From Chloroflexota bacterium (GTDB lineage Bacteria > Chloroflexota > Limnocylindria > Limnocylindrales > CSP1-4): a DNA stretch of 61,271 nt. Within the stretch, counting starts at the first letter, position 1. Each line of letters opens with the position of its first letter. The stretch lies in assembly GCA_039931975.1 (NCBI GenBank), contig JBDTQW010000003.1, positions 1 through 61,271 of the forward strand. The letters are read 5' to 3'. The translations under genes were made by a program, and so were the position numbers. Shown in pieces: positions 46,317 to 56,192 of this stretch. The notes under the pieces were generated by a model. The model did not search any database, had not been told where the DNA came from, and worked only from the letters and a program-made list of their open reading frames with translations.

Positions 46317-48179
46317 TTGGCGGAGATCGGAAGCGTCCTTGGAGGTCGATATCGCCTCATCGAGCTGCTCGGCCAGGGCGGCATGGCGACCATCTTCCGC
46401 GCCACGGACAGCCAGCTCGGCCGCGACGTCGCGGTCAAGGTCCTTCGCCCCGAGTACGGTCGGGATCCCGACTTCACCGCCCGCTTCCGGATGGAGGCGC
46501 AGGCGGTCGCCTCGCTGAGCTCGCCGAACATCGTGGGCGTCCACGACTTCGGGATGGATCCGGCCGGGCCATTCATCGTCATGGACTACGTCGACGGCGA
46601 GGATCTGGCCACGCTGCTGCGCCGAACCGGCCCCCTTTCGGGGCCCCGAACGGCCCGGATCGCCGCCGAGGTCGCCCGCGGACTCGCCGCGGCCCATGCC
46701 CGCGGGATCGTCCATCGCGACATCAAGCCGGGCAACATCCTGCTCGCCCAGGACGGTCGGGTCCAGGTGGCCGACTTCGGCATCGCCCGGGCGATCGCAG
46801 AGGCCCAGATGACCCTGCCGGGGACCACCCTCGGGTCGGTCCAGTACATGAGCCCGGAGCAGGCCCGGGGCGAGACGGCGACCGAGCGCTCCGACATCTA
46901 CTCATTGGGTGTCGTGCTCTTCGAGATGCTCGCCGGCCGACGTCCATTCGAAGGCGACAGCGCCGCGTCGATCGCCATGGCGCGCCTGACCCCGCCCGTG
47001 CCGATGCCGTCCGCCTACCGGTCCGGGATCCCGCCGGTCCTCGAGGCGATCTGCCGCAAGGCGATGGCGATCGACCCGGCCGAGCGCTTCCAGACCGCCA
47101 GCGCGATGGCGGCGGCACTCGAGGACCAGCTCTCGGATCGGGCTGCCGGTGCCGCTGCGGCGGCGGGGCTTGGTGCGGCCGTTGCGGCCCCGACGGTCGC
47201 CGCGGGCGTGGCCCGACCCAATCCGACCAGGGGCATCCCCTACGGGCCGGAGGCCTACGCCGCGGCCGGTAACCGGAACCCGCCACCGCCACGCGGGTCG
47301 CGGGCCCTGCCGCCCGAGGACGATCGCGACGAGGGTGGCTCCGGCGCGTGGGCCTGGATCGCCGGCCTGCTCGGGCTGGGCATCCTGGCCGCCGTCGGCT
47401 TCCTCGCCTTCAAACTCCTGACCGGTGGATCGGCGCCGACCGCGGAGCAGGTGGTCGTACCCGACTTCGTCGGCCAGACCCTCGAACAGGCCAGGCCGCT
47501 GGCCGATGCCAAGGGTCTCGCCCTAGTGGCCTCCAAGTTCGTCAAGAGCAACGATCAACCCGAGGGCACGATCACCGAGCAGGACCCCGCGGCCGATGCG
47601 TCGGTCGCGAAGGGCGCCACGATCAACGTCACGGTCGTCACCGGCCAGGCGCTGGTCGCCGTGCCCGACCTCCGCAACAGGCCACTCGCCGAGGCGCTCA
47701 CGCTGCTCGTCACGAATGGCCTGACGCCGGGTGCCCAGACCGACGCATTCGACCCGGTGGTGCCGCTCGGCACGGTCATCTCGACATCGCCGTCCACCGG
47801 CACGCAGGTAGCCACCGGCACGATCGTCGACTACGTCCTGTCGAAGGGCCCGGAGCCCACGCCGACGCCCTCGCCCACACCGGAGCCGACACCGACGCCG
47901 ACGCCGGTGCCCACCGCCCCGCCGACCGCGACCCCGCTCCTCACCGTCGGCGAGTACCGCTGCCAGACGCTCGACCAGGCGACCGCCGACATCGTGGCCG
48001 ACGGCTTCACCCTCGGGACCGTCACCGCCCAGCCCGCGGGCTACACCGCCGCCGGCGACTCGTTCGTGTACGAGCAGCTCCCGCTGCCGGGCAAGAAGCG
48101 AGCGGCGGGCACGCGGATCGATTTGAGCGTCTACGAACCCGGGTCGTATCCGTTCCCGACCTGCCCGCCCGGCCCGTAA
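46317..48179 (+). CDS. pknB: PASTA-domain Ser/Thr protein kinase (PknB/Stk1-like)
   Basis: LGQGGMA, VAVK, HRDIKPGN, DFG, YMSPEQ, TM segment, PASTA-like repeats and a PT linker. Confidence 0.93.
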   Translation: MAEIGSVLGGRYRLIELLGQGGMATIFRATDSQLGRDVAVKVLRPEYGRDPDFTARFRMEAQAVASLSSPNIVGVHDFGMDPAGPFIVMDYVDGEDLATLLRRTGPLSGPRTARIAAEVARGLAAAHARGIVHRDIKPGNILLAQDGRVQVADFGIARAIAEAQMTLPGTTLGSVQYMSPEQARGETATERSDIYSLGVVLFEMLAGRRPFEGDSAASIAMARLTPPVPMPSAYRSGIPPVLEAICRKAMAIDPAERFQTASAMAAALEDQLSDRAAGAAAAAGLGAAVAAPTVAAGVARPNPTRGIPYGPEAYAAAGNRNPPPPRGSRALPPEDDRDEGGSGAWAWIAGLLGLGILAAVGFLAFKLLTGGSAPTAEQVVVPDFVGQTLEQARPLADAKGLALVASKFVKSNDQPEGTITEQDPAADASVAKGATINVTVVTGQALVAVPDLRNRPLAEALTLLVTNGLTPGAQTDAFDPVVPLGTVISTSPSTGTQVATGTIVDYVLSKGPEPTPTPSPTPEPTPTPTPVPTAPPTATPLLTVGEYRCQTLDQATADIVADGFTLGTVTAQPAGYTAAGDSFVYEQLPLPGKKRAAGTRIDLSVYEPGSYPFPTCPPGP

Positions 48180-48197
48180 CCGGCGGACTCCTCAGGC

Positions 48198-48542
48198 TCA
48201 GGCGTCGATCTCGACCCAGAATCGGGAGGGTGGATCGAGTCCAGGGTCGGTGCCCAGCGGCAGGCCGTCGGCGTCGGTCGGCCCGAACGGGCGTTCGCCG
48301 GCGGCGGCCTCGATCGGGAGTCGCTCCGCGACCAGTGTCGTCGGGGCGGTCCAGCAGGCCCTGATCTCGTCTCCGACCAATGGGCTGCGTCCTCGATCGA
48401 GACCGCAATACCCGCTGGCACCGAAGACAGCGTGGCGGAAGTTGGCGCAGGTCGCGCAGCTCGTGCTCGAGCGCCGGCAGACCCAGCAGCGCGCGGCCTC
48501 GGCCTGGGGTGTCCCACAATGGGGGCAGCGCCACATCGGCAT
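48198..48542 (-). CDS. Small Cys-rich (zinc-ribbon-like) hypothetical protein
   Basis: CPHC...CWVC...CATC...C...C; TACCAT lies 7 nt before the ATG. Confidence 0.75.
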   Translation of the reverse strand: MPMWRCPHCGTPQAEAARCWVCRRSSTSCATCANFRHAVFGASGYCGLDRGRSPLVGDEIRACWTAPTTLVAERLPIEAAAGERPFGPTDADGLPLGTDPGLDPPSRFWVEIDA

Positions 48543-48602
48543 GGGCCCGATGGTAGCTGCGCGGTCAGGCGCTGTCGAGTCCGTGTCCGCGAGCCGGACC
48601 GG

Positions 48603-49802
48603 CTATCTCGCGACGTTGATGAAGGTCTTGTCCGTCGTGTCGCCGAAGTCCTTGGTGTGGACCAGGGCGGCCGCAACGCCCCGCCCCACGGATGCCCTGG
48701 GGATGGTCACCCGCCAGTTGACCCGACCCGAAGCGTCGGTCGTCAAGGTCCGCGTGATCGGTCCGACGCCAGGCGGAGTCAGGGTGATCGTGACCGTCAC
48801 GGCCTCGAGCGCGTGGCCGTCCGGGTCGTTCACGTCGACCGTCAACGTGACATCGGAAGGAAGCGACTTGCGCGAGAACTGGTAACGCGAGGCGGTGATC
48901 TGGGCGGTCAGCTTACCGGCGCCGCGCTTGACGTTGATGACCAGGACACCTTCGTTGTTGGCGGGATCGGTGGCCGTGATCCTGATCGAGTTGGAACCAG
49001 GCGCGATCGCCAGGACCAGGCGGAATGCGCCGTCATCGCCCGCATTCCCGGTGATCGAAGCGTTGTTGGCCACGTTCTTGGCCACTAGCGCGCTGCGGGC
49101 CTGGGTCTTGCCCACGAGGGTCACGGTCTTGCCGTTGACCACCGCGTCCTTGCCGGGCTTGCTGATCGTGATCTTCGGCTTGGTCGTGTCCAGGATGTAG
49201 GTCACGACCTTCGATCGCTCGCTCTCGTCGGCGTCGGTGACCAGGGTCGCGCTGAAGTCGTTGCGGCCCTTGGCCAGCGCCAGCCCGGGCACCGTGAACC
49301 CCGCGGTGGCACCGATGTCCTGCTCGGCGATCTGCTTCGGGCCCTGGTCTGGGAGGGTCCGGTAGATCCGGATCGCTGCCCCTTCCCGACCGATCAACCC
49401 GGTCGGGATGGTCCCCGTCAGGTCGACCGTCGTCTGGTTGGTATATGACTCCGCCGGGACGGACAGCGTCGGTGCATTCGGTGCCACGCGGAGCGTTGGG
49501 CTGGGACTGGGGGTGGTGGTGACCGAGAGGATGGTCTGCTCGAAGGTCCTGCTGATGGCGCCGACGACGTTGCCCAGGACACCGACCCCGGCGAACACCA
49601 CGACGGCTCCGAGGGCGACCACCACCAGGGCCAGCCCGATCCTCAGGTAGGCTGGCATCGCCGAGCCACGCTCGATCTTGCGATGCGGCGCCAGGCGGTT
49701 GGGGGCCGTCGGCCGGAAGGTCGGACGCTTCGCCGGCGCTGCGCGGCCCGTCGATGGTGGACGGGGTCGCACCTGTGAAGAGCGTTGGCGCCGGGTCGTC
49801 AT
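48603..49802 (-). CDS. Membrane-anchored protein with Ig-like beta-rich repeats
   Basis: Arg-rich N-terminus, TM segment, DTTKPKITIS, GSNSIRITATDPANN, DASGRV motifs. Confidence 0.8.
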   Translation of the reverse strand: MTTRRQRSSQVRPRPPSTGRAAPAKRPTFRPTAPNRLAPHRKIERGSAMPAYLRIGLALVVVALGAVVVFAGVGVLGNVVGAISRTFEQTILSVTTTPSPSPTLRVAPNAPTLSVPAESYTNQTTVDLTGTIPTGLIGREGAAIRIYRTLPDQGPKQIAEQDIGATAGFTVPGLALAKGRNDFSATLVTDADESERSKVVTYILDTTKPKITISKPGKDAVVNGKTVTLVGKTQARSALVAKNVANNASITGNAGDDGAFRLVLAIAPGSNSIRITATDPANNEGVLVINVKRGAGKLTAQITASRYQFSRKSLPSDVTLTVDVNDPDGHALEAVTVTITLTPPGVGPITRTLTTDASGRVNWRVTIPRASVGRGVAAALVHTKDFGDTTDKTFINVAR

Positions 49803-49917
49803 CGGGCCCCATTGTCGCACGGCACGTCCGATCCGCCGCAATCCTTGCCGCCCAGCGCGTTGTACTCTGGCGCGGTGAGCGGCCGTCCGGTGGCGTCCGC
49901 CGATTCAGAGGCGCGCG

Positions 49918-50316
49918 TTGCAGGCCCGAAACACCAGGAAGCCCCAGTCAGCCGGTGCGACCGGACGTCCGTCGTTCGGCATCGGACCCATCGCCCGGGT
50001 GGCCACGGCGCCACCACCGGACCTCTCCGCTCGGCCCGGCTACCCGGCCCTCCCGGTCCTTGGCCGGGGCGGTGCCTTCGGTCTGCCCAACCTGCGCCGG
50101 AATGTCTGCCCCCACTTCTATATGACCGGGACCCGCGGGGCGATCCCTATCCAGGCGCCGCACATGCTCAAGGCGCTCATCCGCCAAGACGCCAACGTCT
50201 CGCGCTGCCAGCTCCGCGGCGGGGTCCACCTCGAGGGGGGCTACGTCAACGATGTGTGCCTGACTCCGCGGTTCAACCAATGCGTCTTCTATGAGGACGA
50301 GCTGTCCAGGGAGTGA
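49918..50316 (+). CDS. Hypothetical Cys/His-containing protein directly upstream of folC
   Basis: Strong coding codon bias from about 50020; stop 1 nt before the folC start. Start may be TTG 49918 or GTG 49999. Confidence 0.7.
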   Translation: MQARNTRKPQSAGATGRPSFGIGPIARVATAPPPDLSARPGYPALPVLGRGGAFGLPNLRRNVCPHFYMTGTRGAIPIQAPHMLKALIRQDANVSRCQLRGGVHLEGGYVNDVCLTPRFNQCVFYEDELSRE

Positions 50317-50317
50317 C

Positions 50318-51736
50318 GTGAGCGCCCTCACCTACGAGGAGGCGCTCCGGGCCCTCCAGGAACGCGGCCGCTTCGGGATCCGGCTCGGGCTGGGCCGTAC
50401 CAGGGCCTTGCTGCGCGAGCTCGGCGATCCCCAGCTCGAGTTCCGCGGGGCGCTGGTCGCCGGCACCAACGGCAAGGGGAGCGTGCTTGCCCTGGCCGGT
50501 TCGGCGCTGCGGGCCGCCGGATTCCGCATCGCCGAGACGCCCAAGCCCCATTTGGTCAGCTATCGGGAGCGGCTCCAGGTCGACGGTCGGCTGGTGGACC
50601 CGGCCACCTTCGCCCGGCTCGTCGGCGAGGTCCTCGAAGCGGCTGACACGGTGGGCCGCCGTAGCCTCGGCCAACCGACCGAGTTCGAGCTCCTGACCGC
50701 GGTCGCCTTCCGTTGGTTCGCGGAGATGCAGGTCGATCTGGCCCTGGTCGAGGTCGGGCTGGGCGGTCGCCTCGACGCGACCCACGCCTGGGACGGCGGG
50801 GTGGCCGCGATCACCAACGTGGACCTCGACCATACCGACCGCCTCGGCCCGACGGTGACCGCGATCGCCCGCGAGAAAGCGGCGATCATCGAGCGCGGCG
50901 ACCTGGCGGTGACGGGGGCGACCGGCGACGCGTTGCAGGTCGTCCGCCGACGGGCCCATCGACTCGGGGTGCCCCTGACCGAGGTCCTCCCGCCGCCCGT
51001 GACCGGCTGGGACCGCGACGGGATCACGGTCGCGCTGCCGCGCCTGGGCGAGACCCGGATCGGCCTGCGCGGACGCCATCAGGCCGCCAACGCCGCCGTC
51101 GCAGACGCCGTCCTCGACGCGCTCGCGCTCGCCGGCATCGCCGCCGTGTCAGGCGACGCTCGCCGCGAGGGATACGCGGGGACGCGCTGGCCGGGCCGGC
51201 TCGAGCTCATCGAAACGACCGCCGGATCCAGCGACGGCACAAGGCGCGAAGTCCTCCTCGACGGTGCCCATAACCCGGCCGGGGCGGCGGTCCTTGCTCG
51301 AGCGCTCGACGACCTGCGACCGACGCTCCAGGGTGGCGACGAGCCGGAACCCCCGCCGATCACCCTGCTCCTCGCGACGATGGCCGACAAGGACGTCGCC
51401 GGGGTCCTCGCCGCGCTCGCGGCTTCGCCGATCGCCCGTGCGGCCCACGTCGTGTGCACCCAGGTAGACCACCCGAGGGCGATGCCCGCCGCCAGCCTGG
51501 CCAGGGGTTGGGCCGCGGTCGCCCCGGGATCCCATCCGGACGCGGTCAGGCCGGTGGCGGCCGCATTGGAGCGGGCGCTGTCGACGGCTCGCGGACCCGT
51601 GGTGGTGGCTGGGTCGCTGTACCTGGTCGGTGCCGTTAGGGCAATCCTCGTCGACGAGCCCGAGCTACGCGATGATGTAGCCCCGGGCGCTCCCACCAGG
51701 GCAGTCGGACCCGAGGCGCTGGCCGCGGTCCGATGA
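50318..51736 (+). CDS. folC: Folylpolyglutamate synthase / dihydrofolate synthase
   Basis: VAGTNGKGS, EVGLGGRLDAT, IAREKAAII, WPGRLE, LDGAHN, GSLYLVG. Confidence 0.96.
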   Translation: MSALTYEEALRALQERGRFGIRLGLGRTRALLRELGDPQLEFRGALVAGTNGKGSVLALAGSALRAAGFRIAETPKPHLVSYRERLQVDGRLVDPATFARLVGEVLEAADTVGRRSLGQPTEFELLTAVAFRWFAEMQVDLALVEVGLGGRLDATHAWDGGVAAITNVDLDHTDRLGPTVTAIAREKAAIIERGDLAVTGATGDALQVVRRRAHRLGVPLTEVLPPPVTGWDRDGITVALPRLGETRIGLRGRHQAANAAVADAVLDALALAGIAAVSGDARREGYAGTRWPGRLELIETTAGSSDGTRREVLLDGAHNPAGAAVLARALDDLRPTLQGGDEPEPPPITLLLATMADKDVAGVLAALAASPIARAAHVVCTQVDHPRAMPAASLARGWAAVAPGSHPDAVRPVAAALERALSTARGPVVVAGSLYLVGAVRAILVDEPELRDDVAPGAPTRAVGPEALAAVR

Positions 51737-52602
51737 CTGACGCGCCGGCGGCTATGTTGGGTACGACCGTCATCGGCGGGCGGCCGTTCTCGTGGGGCGA
51801 GCGGACCTACGTCATGGGCATCCTCAACGCCACCCCTGATTCGTTCTCCGGTGACGGCCTGGTCCGGGTGGGTCGATCCGACGCGATCGCCGCCGCCCTC
51901 GAGCTGGCTGCCCAGATGGCGGGCGAGGGTGCCGATCTGCTCGACATCGGCGGCGAGTCGACCCGCCCTGGCCATGCGGCCGTGGACGAGGCCGAGGAGC
52001 TCCGCCGGGTCGTCCCGATCGTGGCCGCCGTCCACGCCGCGCATCCCGACTTGCCGATCAGCGTCGACACCACGAAGCCGGCGGTCGCCGCGGCCGCCCT
52101 CGACGCCGGGGCGGCCATGATCAACGACGTCTGGGGCGTTGCCGAGGACGACGCTCTGGCCCGCCTGGCGGCTAAGCGCGAGGCGCCGATCGTCCTGATG
52201 CACAACCGGGTCGAACCGATCTACGAGGACCTCATGACCGAGATCGTGGCCGATCTCCAGCGGGCGATCGACCGGGCGCTCCGGGCCGGCTGCCGCCGGG
52301 ACGCGCTGATCGTCGATCCCGGTTTCGGCTTTGGCAAGACCCCGGAGCACAACCTGGTGCTGCTCCGCGAGCTCGACCGGCTGCGGGTCCTGGGGCGGCC
52401 GATCCTGCTCGGCGCGTCCCGGAAGTCGACCCTTGGACGCATCCTGGATCTGCCGCCGGAAGACCGGCTCGAGGCGACCCTGGTCACGACCGCCCTCGGC
52501 ATCGCCGCCGGCGTGGACATCGTCCGGGTCCACGACGTGGAGGGCAATGTCCGTGCCGCCAGGACGGCCGACGCGATCGTCCGGGGCGGAAAGCTCTCGT
52601 GA
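51733..52602 (+). CDS. folP: Dihydropteroate synthase
   Basis: MGILNATPDSFSGDG, DIGGESTRPG, VDPGFGFGKT, SRKS, RVHDV. Confidence 0.97.
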   Translation: MTDAPAAMLGTTVIGGRPFSWGERTYVMGILNATPDSFSGDGLVRVGRSDAIAAALELAAQMAGEGADLLDIGGESTRPGHAAVDEAEELRRVVPIVAAVHAAHPDLPISVDTTKPAVAAAALDAGAAMINDVWGVAEDDALARLAAKREAPIVLMHNRVEPIYEDLMTEIVADLQRAIDRALRAGCRRDALIVDPGFGFGKTPEHNLVLLRELDRLRVLGRPILLGASRKSTLGRILDLPPEDRLEATLVTTALGIAAGVDIVRVHDVEGNVRAARTADAIVRGGKLS

Positions 52603-52982
52603 GCGACCGCGTCATCCTCCACGACATGGTGTTCATGGGCCGCCACGGCGTGCTCGAGCAGGAGCGACTCGTCGCCCAGCCGTTCCACGTCGACGTCGAG
52701 CTGAGTCTCGATCTCCAGGGGGCCGGAGTCGACGACGACCTGGCCCGGACCGTCGACTACGGGGTCGTGTTCGAGACCTGCCGGAGCATCGTCGAGTCGA
52801 CCAGCTTCCGGCTGATCGAGGCGGTCGCCGAGGCGATCGCCCACGAGCTCCTGATCGATTTCCCGATCGACGAAGTCACCGTCCGAGTGCGCAAGCCGAA
52901 CGCCCCGATCGAGGGTGAATTCGCCTACGCGGGCGTGGAGATCCGCCGGCGCAGGGACGTTCGGGGTCGGAGTCGACCCTAG
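52599..52982 (+). CDS. folB: Dihydroneopterin aldolase
   Basis: GRHGVLEQE, TVDYG, LIEAVAE, VRKPNAPI. Confidence 0.95.
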   Translation: MSDRVILHDMVFMGRHGVLEQERLVAQPFHVDVELSLDLQGAGVDDDLARTVDYGVVFETCRSIVESTSFRLIEAVAEAIAHELLIDFPIDEVTVRVRKPNAPIEGEFAYAGVEIRRRRDVRGRSRP

Positions 52983-54436
52983 AGGTCCGCGGGGCGGACG
53001 CCCAGGGTGACCTTGACCTCGAGCTGCTGGCCGTTGCGCAGCAGGCCGACGGTGACCGTCCGCCCTGGCGCGAACTGGGTCAGGACCGAGTCGAGCGGGT
53101 GCTCGGTGTCGATCGCCTGGCCTTCGATGCTGACGATGATGTCCTCGGCCCTGATCCCGGCAGTGTCGGCCGGGCCACCCGGGACGATCGCCGGAACGGT
53201 CTGGCCGTTGGCGCCCTGGCCGTCCGCGACATAGGCACCCTCATGGACCGACAGCTTGAGCTGGGTGGCTCGCTGCAGGTCGAGCATCTCGTATCGGATG
53301 CCGACGTACGGTCGGGCGAGCTTCTGGCCGGCGACGGCCTGCTCCATGATCGGTCGGGCGATGTTGATCGGGATCGCGAAACCGATCCCGTTGGCATTCG
53401 CGGCGACCGCGGTGTTGATCCCGATCACATTGCCGCCGGCATCCAGCAGCGGGCCGCCGCTGTTGCCCGGGTTGATCGCCGTGTCGGTCTGGAGCAGGTT
53501 GTTGATCCGGCCGCTGTCGACGGCGATGCTCCGGCCGGTGGCCGAAAGGATGCCGCTGGTGACCGTGCTGGTGTACGTCCCCAGTGGGCTGCCGATGGCG
53601 ATCGTCGTCTGGCCGACCTTGAGGGTCGAGGAATCGCCGATCGCGGCGGTGGGCAGGTCGGTCGCATCGACCTTGACGATGGCCAGGTCGGTCAGGGTGT
53701 CGATCCCATAGATCGTGCCGTCGAACCGGCGCCCGTCCTTGAGCTCGACGGTCAGCTTGCCACCGCCGGACACGACGTGGCGGTTGGTCAGGATCCAGCC
53801 GTTCTTGTCATAGATGATCCCGGAGCCGATCCCCTCGGTGGCCGTGGGGTCGATGTTGTTGGGGTTGGTCGTGCTTACGATCCTGACGACCGCCGGGCTG
53901 ACCCTGGCCGCGACATCGATGATGGCCGAGGACTCATCGATCTTGACCGGTTGGGCGGCGCTGGTGGTCTGGCCGCCGGGGACGGTGGCGGTGGCAGCGG
54001 GCCGATCGAGAGCGCCACTGGCGCGCAGCGTGAAGTAGGTGCCCCCGGATGCGAGGATGGCGGCGATCACCGCGGCGGCCAGGACCTGGCCGAGCACCCC
54101 GCTCGTACGCCGCCGGCTGGTGGGGCTCGCCATGGTCGCCGTCGCCGAGGCGGCGGTCGGCTCGAACCACGCCTCGGGGGTCGGCTGGACCGGCCGCTCC
54201 CAGGCGATCCGGTCACGGTCGACCCGGTCGGGCTGGGGCGAGAAGACCGCGGGATCGGGCTGCGTTTCGGGCGCGGCATCCGGCAGCGGTGCGGTCGGCT
54301 CAGGGATCGGCGCGCCGGTCGTGCTTATCCGTGCCGGCGTGACGTGGCTCGGCGCCGCCGGGGGAGTGCCGGGAGTGGCAGGCGCTGAGGGTGCCTGGTC
54401 GGCGGGGTCGTACGGCTCGGTCGGTCGTTCGTTCAT
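52979..54436 (-). CDS. htrA: HtrA/DegP-like serine protease with PDZ domain
   Basis: GSGII, LTNRHV, DLAIVK, TDTAINPGNSGGPL, C-terminal PDZ; N-terminal disordered region and TM segment. Confidence 0.93.
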   Translation of the reverse strand: MNERPTEPYDPADQAPSAPATPGTPPAAPSHVTPARISTTGAPIPEPTAPLPDAAPETQPDPAVFSPQPDRVDRDRIAWERPVQPTPEAWFEPTAASATATMASPTSRRRTSGVLGQVLAAAVIAAILASGGTYFTLRASGALDRPAATATVPGGQTTSAAQPVKIDESSAIIDVAARVSPAVVRIVSTTNPNNIDPTATEGIGSGIIYDKNGWILTNRHVVSGGGKLTVELKDGRRFDGTIYGIDTLTDLAIVKVDATDLPTAAIGDSSTLKVGQTTIAIGSPLGTYTSTVTSGILSATGRSIAVDSGRINNLLQTDTAINPGNSGGPLLDAGGNVIGINTAVAANANGIGFAIPINIARPIMEQAVAGQKLARPYVGIRYEMLDLQRATQLKLSVHEGAYVADGQGANGQTVPAIVPGGPADTAGIRAEDIIVSIEGQAIDTEHPLDSVLTQFAPGRTVTVGLLRNGQQLEVKVTLGVRPADL

Positions 54437-54524
54437 GGCTCCGGATGCGCTCCTGGGGGTCGCGGTCTCTGGCCGATGCGGCCAGCGTTGGCAGTGGACC
54501 TCAGCCTGAGGGTCCGGGGTTCAG

Positions 54525-56192
54525 TCATGACGCTGGGGATGGTGAAGAATCCGCTACCTCGCCCGGCGTCGTATCCGACCTGGTGGCGAGGCCACCCTCG
54601 TCGACCGGCGCTGTCCTTGTCTCGTCCAGGCTGCGCGGATCCCTGGGCAGGATCACCGTGAACGTCGTTCCGGACCCGAGCCGGCTGTCGACGGTGACCC
54701 GGCCCGCGTGCAGGTCGACGATGGACTTGACGATGGCCAGGCCGAGGCCGCTCCCGCTCGCGCGCGCCTCGTGGGCCAGGGTTCCGCGATAGAACCGCTC
54801 GAAGATCTGGGGCAGCTCCGAGGTATCGATGCCGACACCGGTATCGCGCACGACGATCAGGGCGCCCTCGGCATCGGCCGCCAGCTCGACCGCGACCGAG
54901 CCGTCCCGTGGCGTGAACTTCACGGCATTGCCCACGAGGTTGGTGACGACCTGGCCGATCCGCTGGGGATCGTGGCGGACCCGGACCGGGTTCGGCGGCA
55001 GACTGAGGCTGAGCCGGAGGCCACGCCGCTCCGCGCTGGCCTGGGCCTGCTCGACTGCCGACTCCACTGCCGCTCGAAGGTCGTCCGGGCGCAGGTCGAG
55101 CAGGACCAGCCCGGAATCGAGCTTGGACAGCTCGAGCAGGTTCTGGGCGAGCCAGTCCAGACGCTCGAGCTGCTGGCGGGTCGACTCCAGGAACTCCGCG
55201 CGTGTCTCCGGGTCGTCGCCGGCTGCCTCGCTGAGCAGCTCGTTGGACATCCGCAGGGCGGTGATCGGGGTGCGCAGCTCGTGCGACACGTCGGCCAGGA
55301 AGTCCCGGCTCCGGTCGCGATCGCGGCGGATGATCCCGACGCTCTCCTCGAGCCGGTCGGCCATCGCGTTGAACTGGCGGGAGAGCTCGGAGATCTCGAT
55401 CGCGCCCGTAGCCGCGAGGCGGGTCGGGACCCGGCTGCCGAGCTCACCTCGCTCGAGGTCACGGGCCGCCGTCGTCAATCGGCGGAGTGGGGTCGTGAAC
55501 CGCCGGGCGAGCAGCGACGCGACGGCCACCGAGATCAGGAACGCCACGAGACCGACCACCAGGAACAGGCCCGTCACGGCGGTGAGGGTCGAGGCCCGGA
55601 AGGTATACGGGTTGGACAGGGTCACCTCGATCGCCCATTGCGACCGAGGGGTAACGCCGGGTGGGATCATCGTGGGTTCGGCCACGAGAGAGTCCTGGGC
55701 CTGGCCCCGCTTGGGCGGAGCGGTCAGCCGGACCAGGAAGACACCATTCGGGGCCGGTACCACAGAGATCCGACCGTTGGCCCCGGCGGTCGGGGTGCCG
55801 ACCCGGATGGTGATGTCCGCCTGGGCGACCTTGTTCGCGATGTCCTGCATCAGCGGATCGTTGAAGAAGGCGACCGCCCTGGGCGTCAACCGGTCATCCG
55901 GGGTCACGATCAGGCCGTCGATCGTCGTCATCGCCAGGGTCAGGATCACCGCCGTCGACGTCGTTCGGCCCTCGAGGTTGATCCGTTCCTGGTCCAGGAA
56001 GTAGTCGTCGAGACGGAGGATCACCGCCGGCCCGACCATCAGCAGGGTCAGGGTCACCACCGAAACGAATCCGAGCGTGACTCGGCCCTGGAACGTCCTG
56101 GGCACAAGCCGGCGGAACGGTCCCGGCAGACGGGTAGCCCCGGCGACTGGCGCCGCGTTCGGCTCAGCGCTCGGCGAAGGCGTAGCCCGCAC
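54525..56192 (-). CDS. HAMP-domain sensor histidine kinase
   Basis: Two TM segments, HAMP, DVSHELRTP, NLVGNAVKF, DTGVGI, GSGLGL. Start may be GTG 56105. Confidence 0.93.
   Translation of the reverse strand: MRATPSPSAEPNAAPVAGATRLPGPFRRLVPRTFQGRVTLGFVSVVTLTLLMVGPAVILRLDDYFLDQERINLEGRTTSTAVILTLAMTTIDGLIVTPDDRLTPRAVAFFNDPLMQDIANKVAQADITIRVGTPTAGANGRISVVPAPNGVFLVRLTAPPKRGQAQDSLVAEPTMIPPGVTPRSQWAIEVTLSNPYTFRASTLTAVTGLFLVVGLVAFLISVAVASLLARRFTTPLRRLTTAARDLERGELGSRVPTRLAATGAIEISELSRQFNAMADRLEESVGIIRRDRDRSRDFLADVSHELRTPITALRMSNELLSEAAGDDPETRAEFLESTRQQLERLDWLAQNLLELSKLDSGLVLLDLRPDDLRAAVESAVEQAQASAERRGLRLSLSLPPNPVRVRHDPQRIGQVVTNLVGNAVKFTPRDGSVAVELAADAEGALIVVRDTGVGIDTSELPQIFERFYRGTLAHEARASGSGLGLAIVKSIVDLHAGRVTVDSRLGSGTTFTVILPRDPRSLDETRTAPVDEGGLATRSDTTPGEVADSSPSPAS

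Noticed and set aside
47850-47940. Pro/Thr repeats in PknB, plus Ser/Pro tails and the acidic tail of L25 elsewhere
   Set aside because: Ordinary low-complexity linkers for these families.
49921-49945. CAGGCCCGAAA...GGAAGC as SRP RNA domain IV
   Set aside because: Five extra bases break the GNRA-GGAAGCAGC motif and the long SRP helix is absent.
54496-54515. GGACCTCAG/CTGAGGGTCC inverted repeat between the kinase and htrA as a response-regulator box
   Set aside because: OmpR-family sites are normally direct repeats; this is more simply a hairpin and cannot be assigned.
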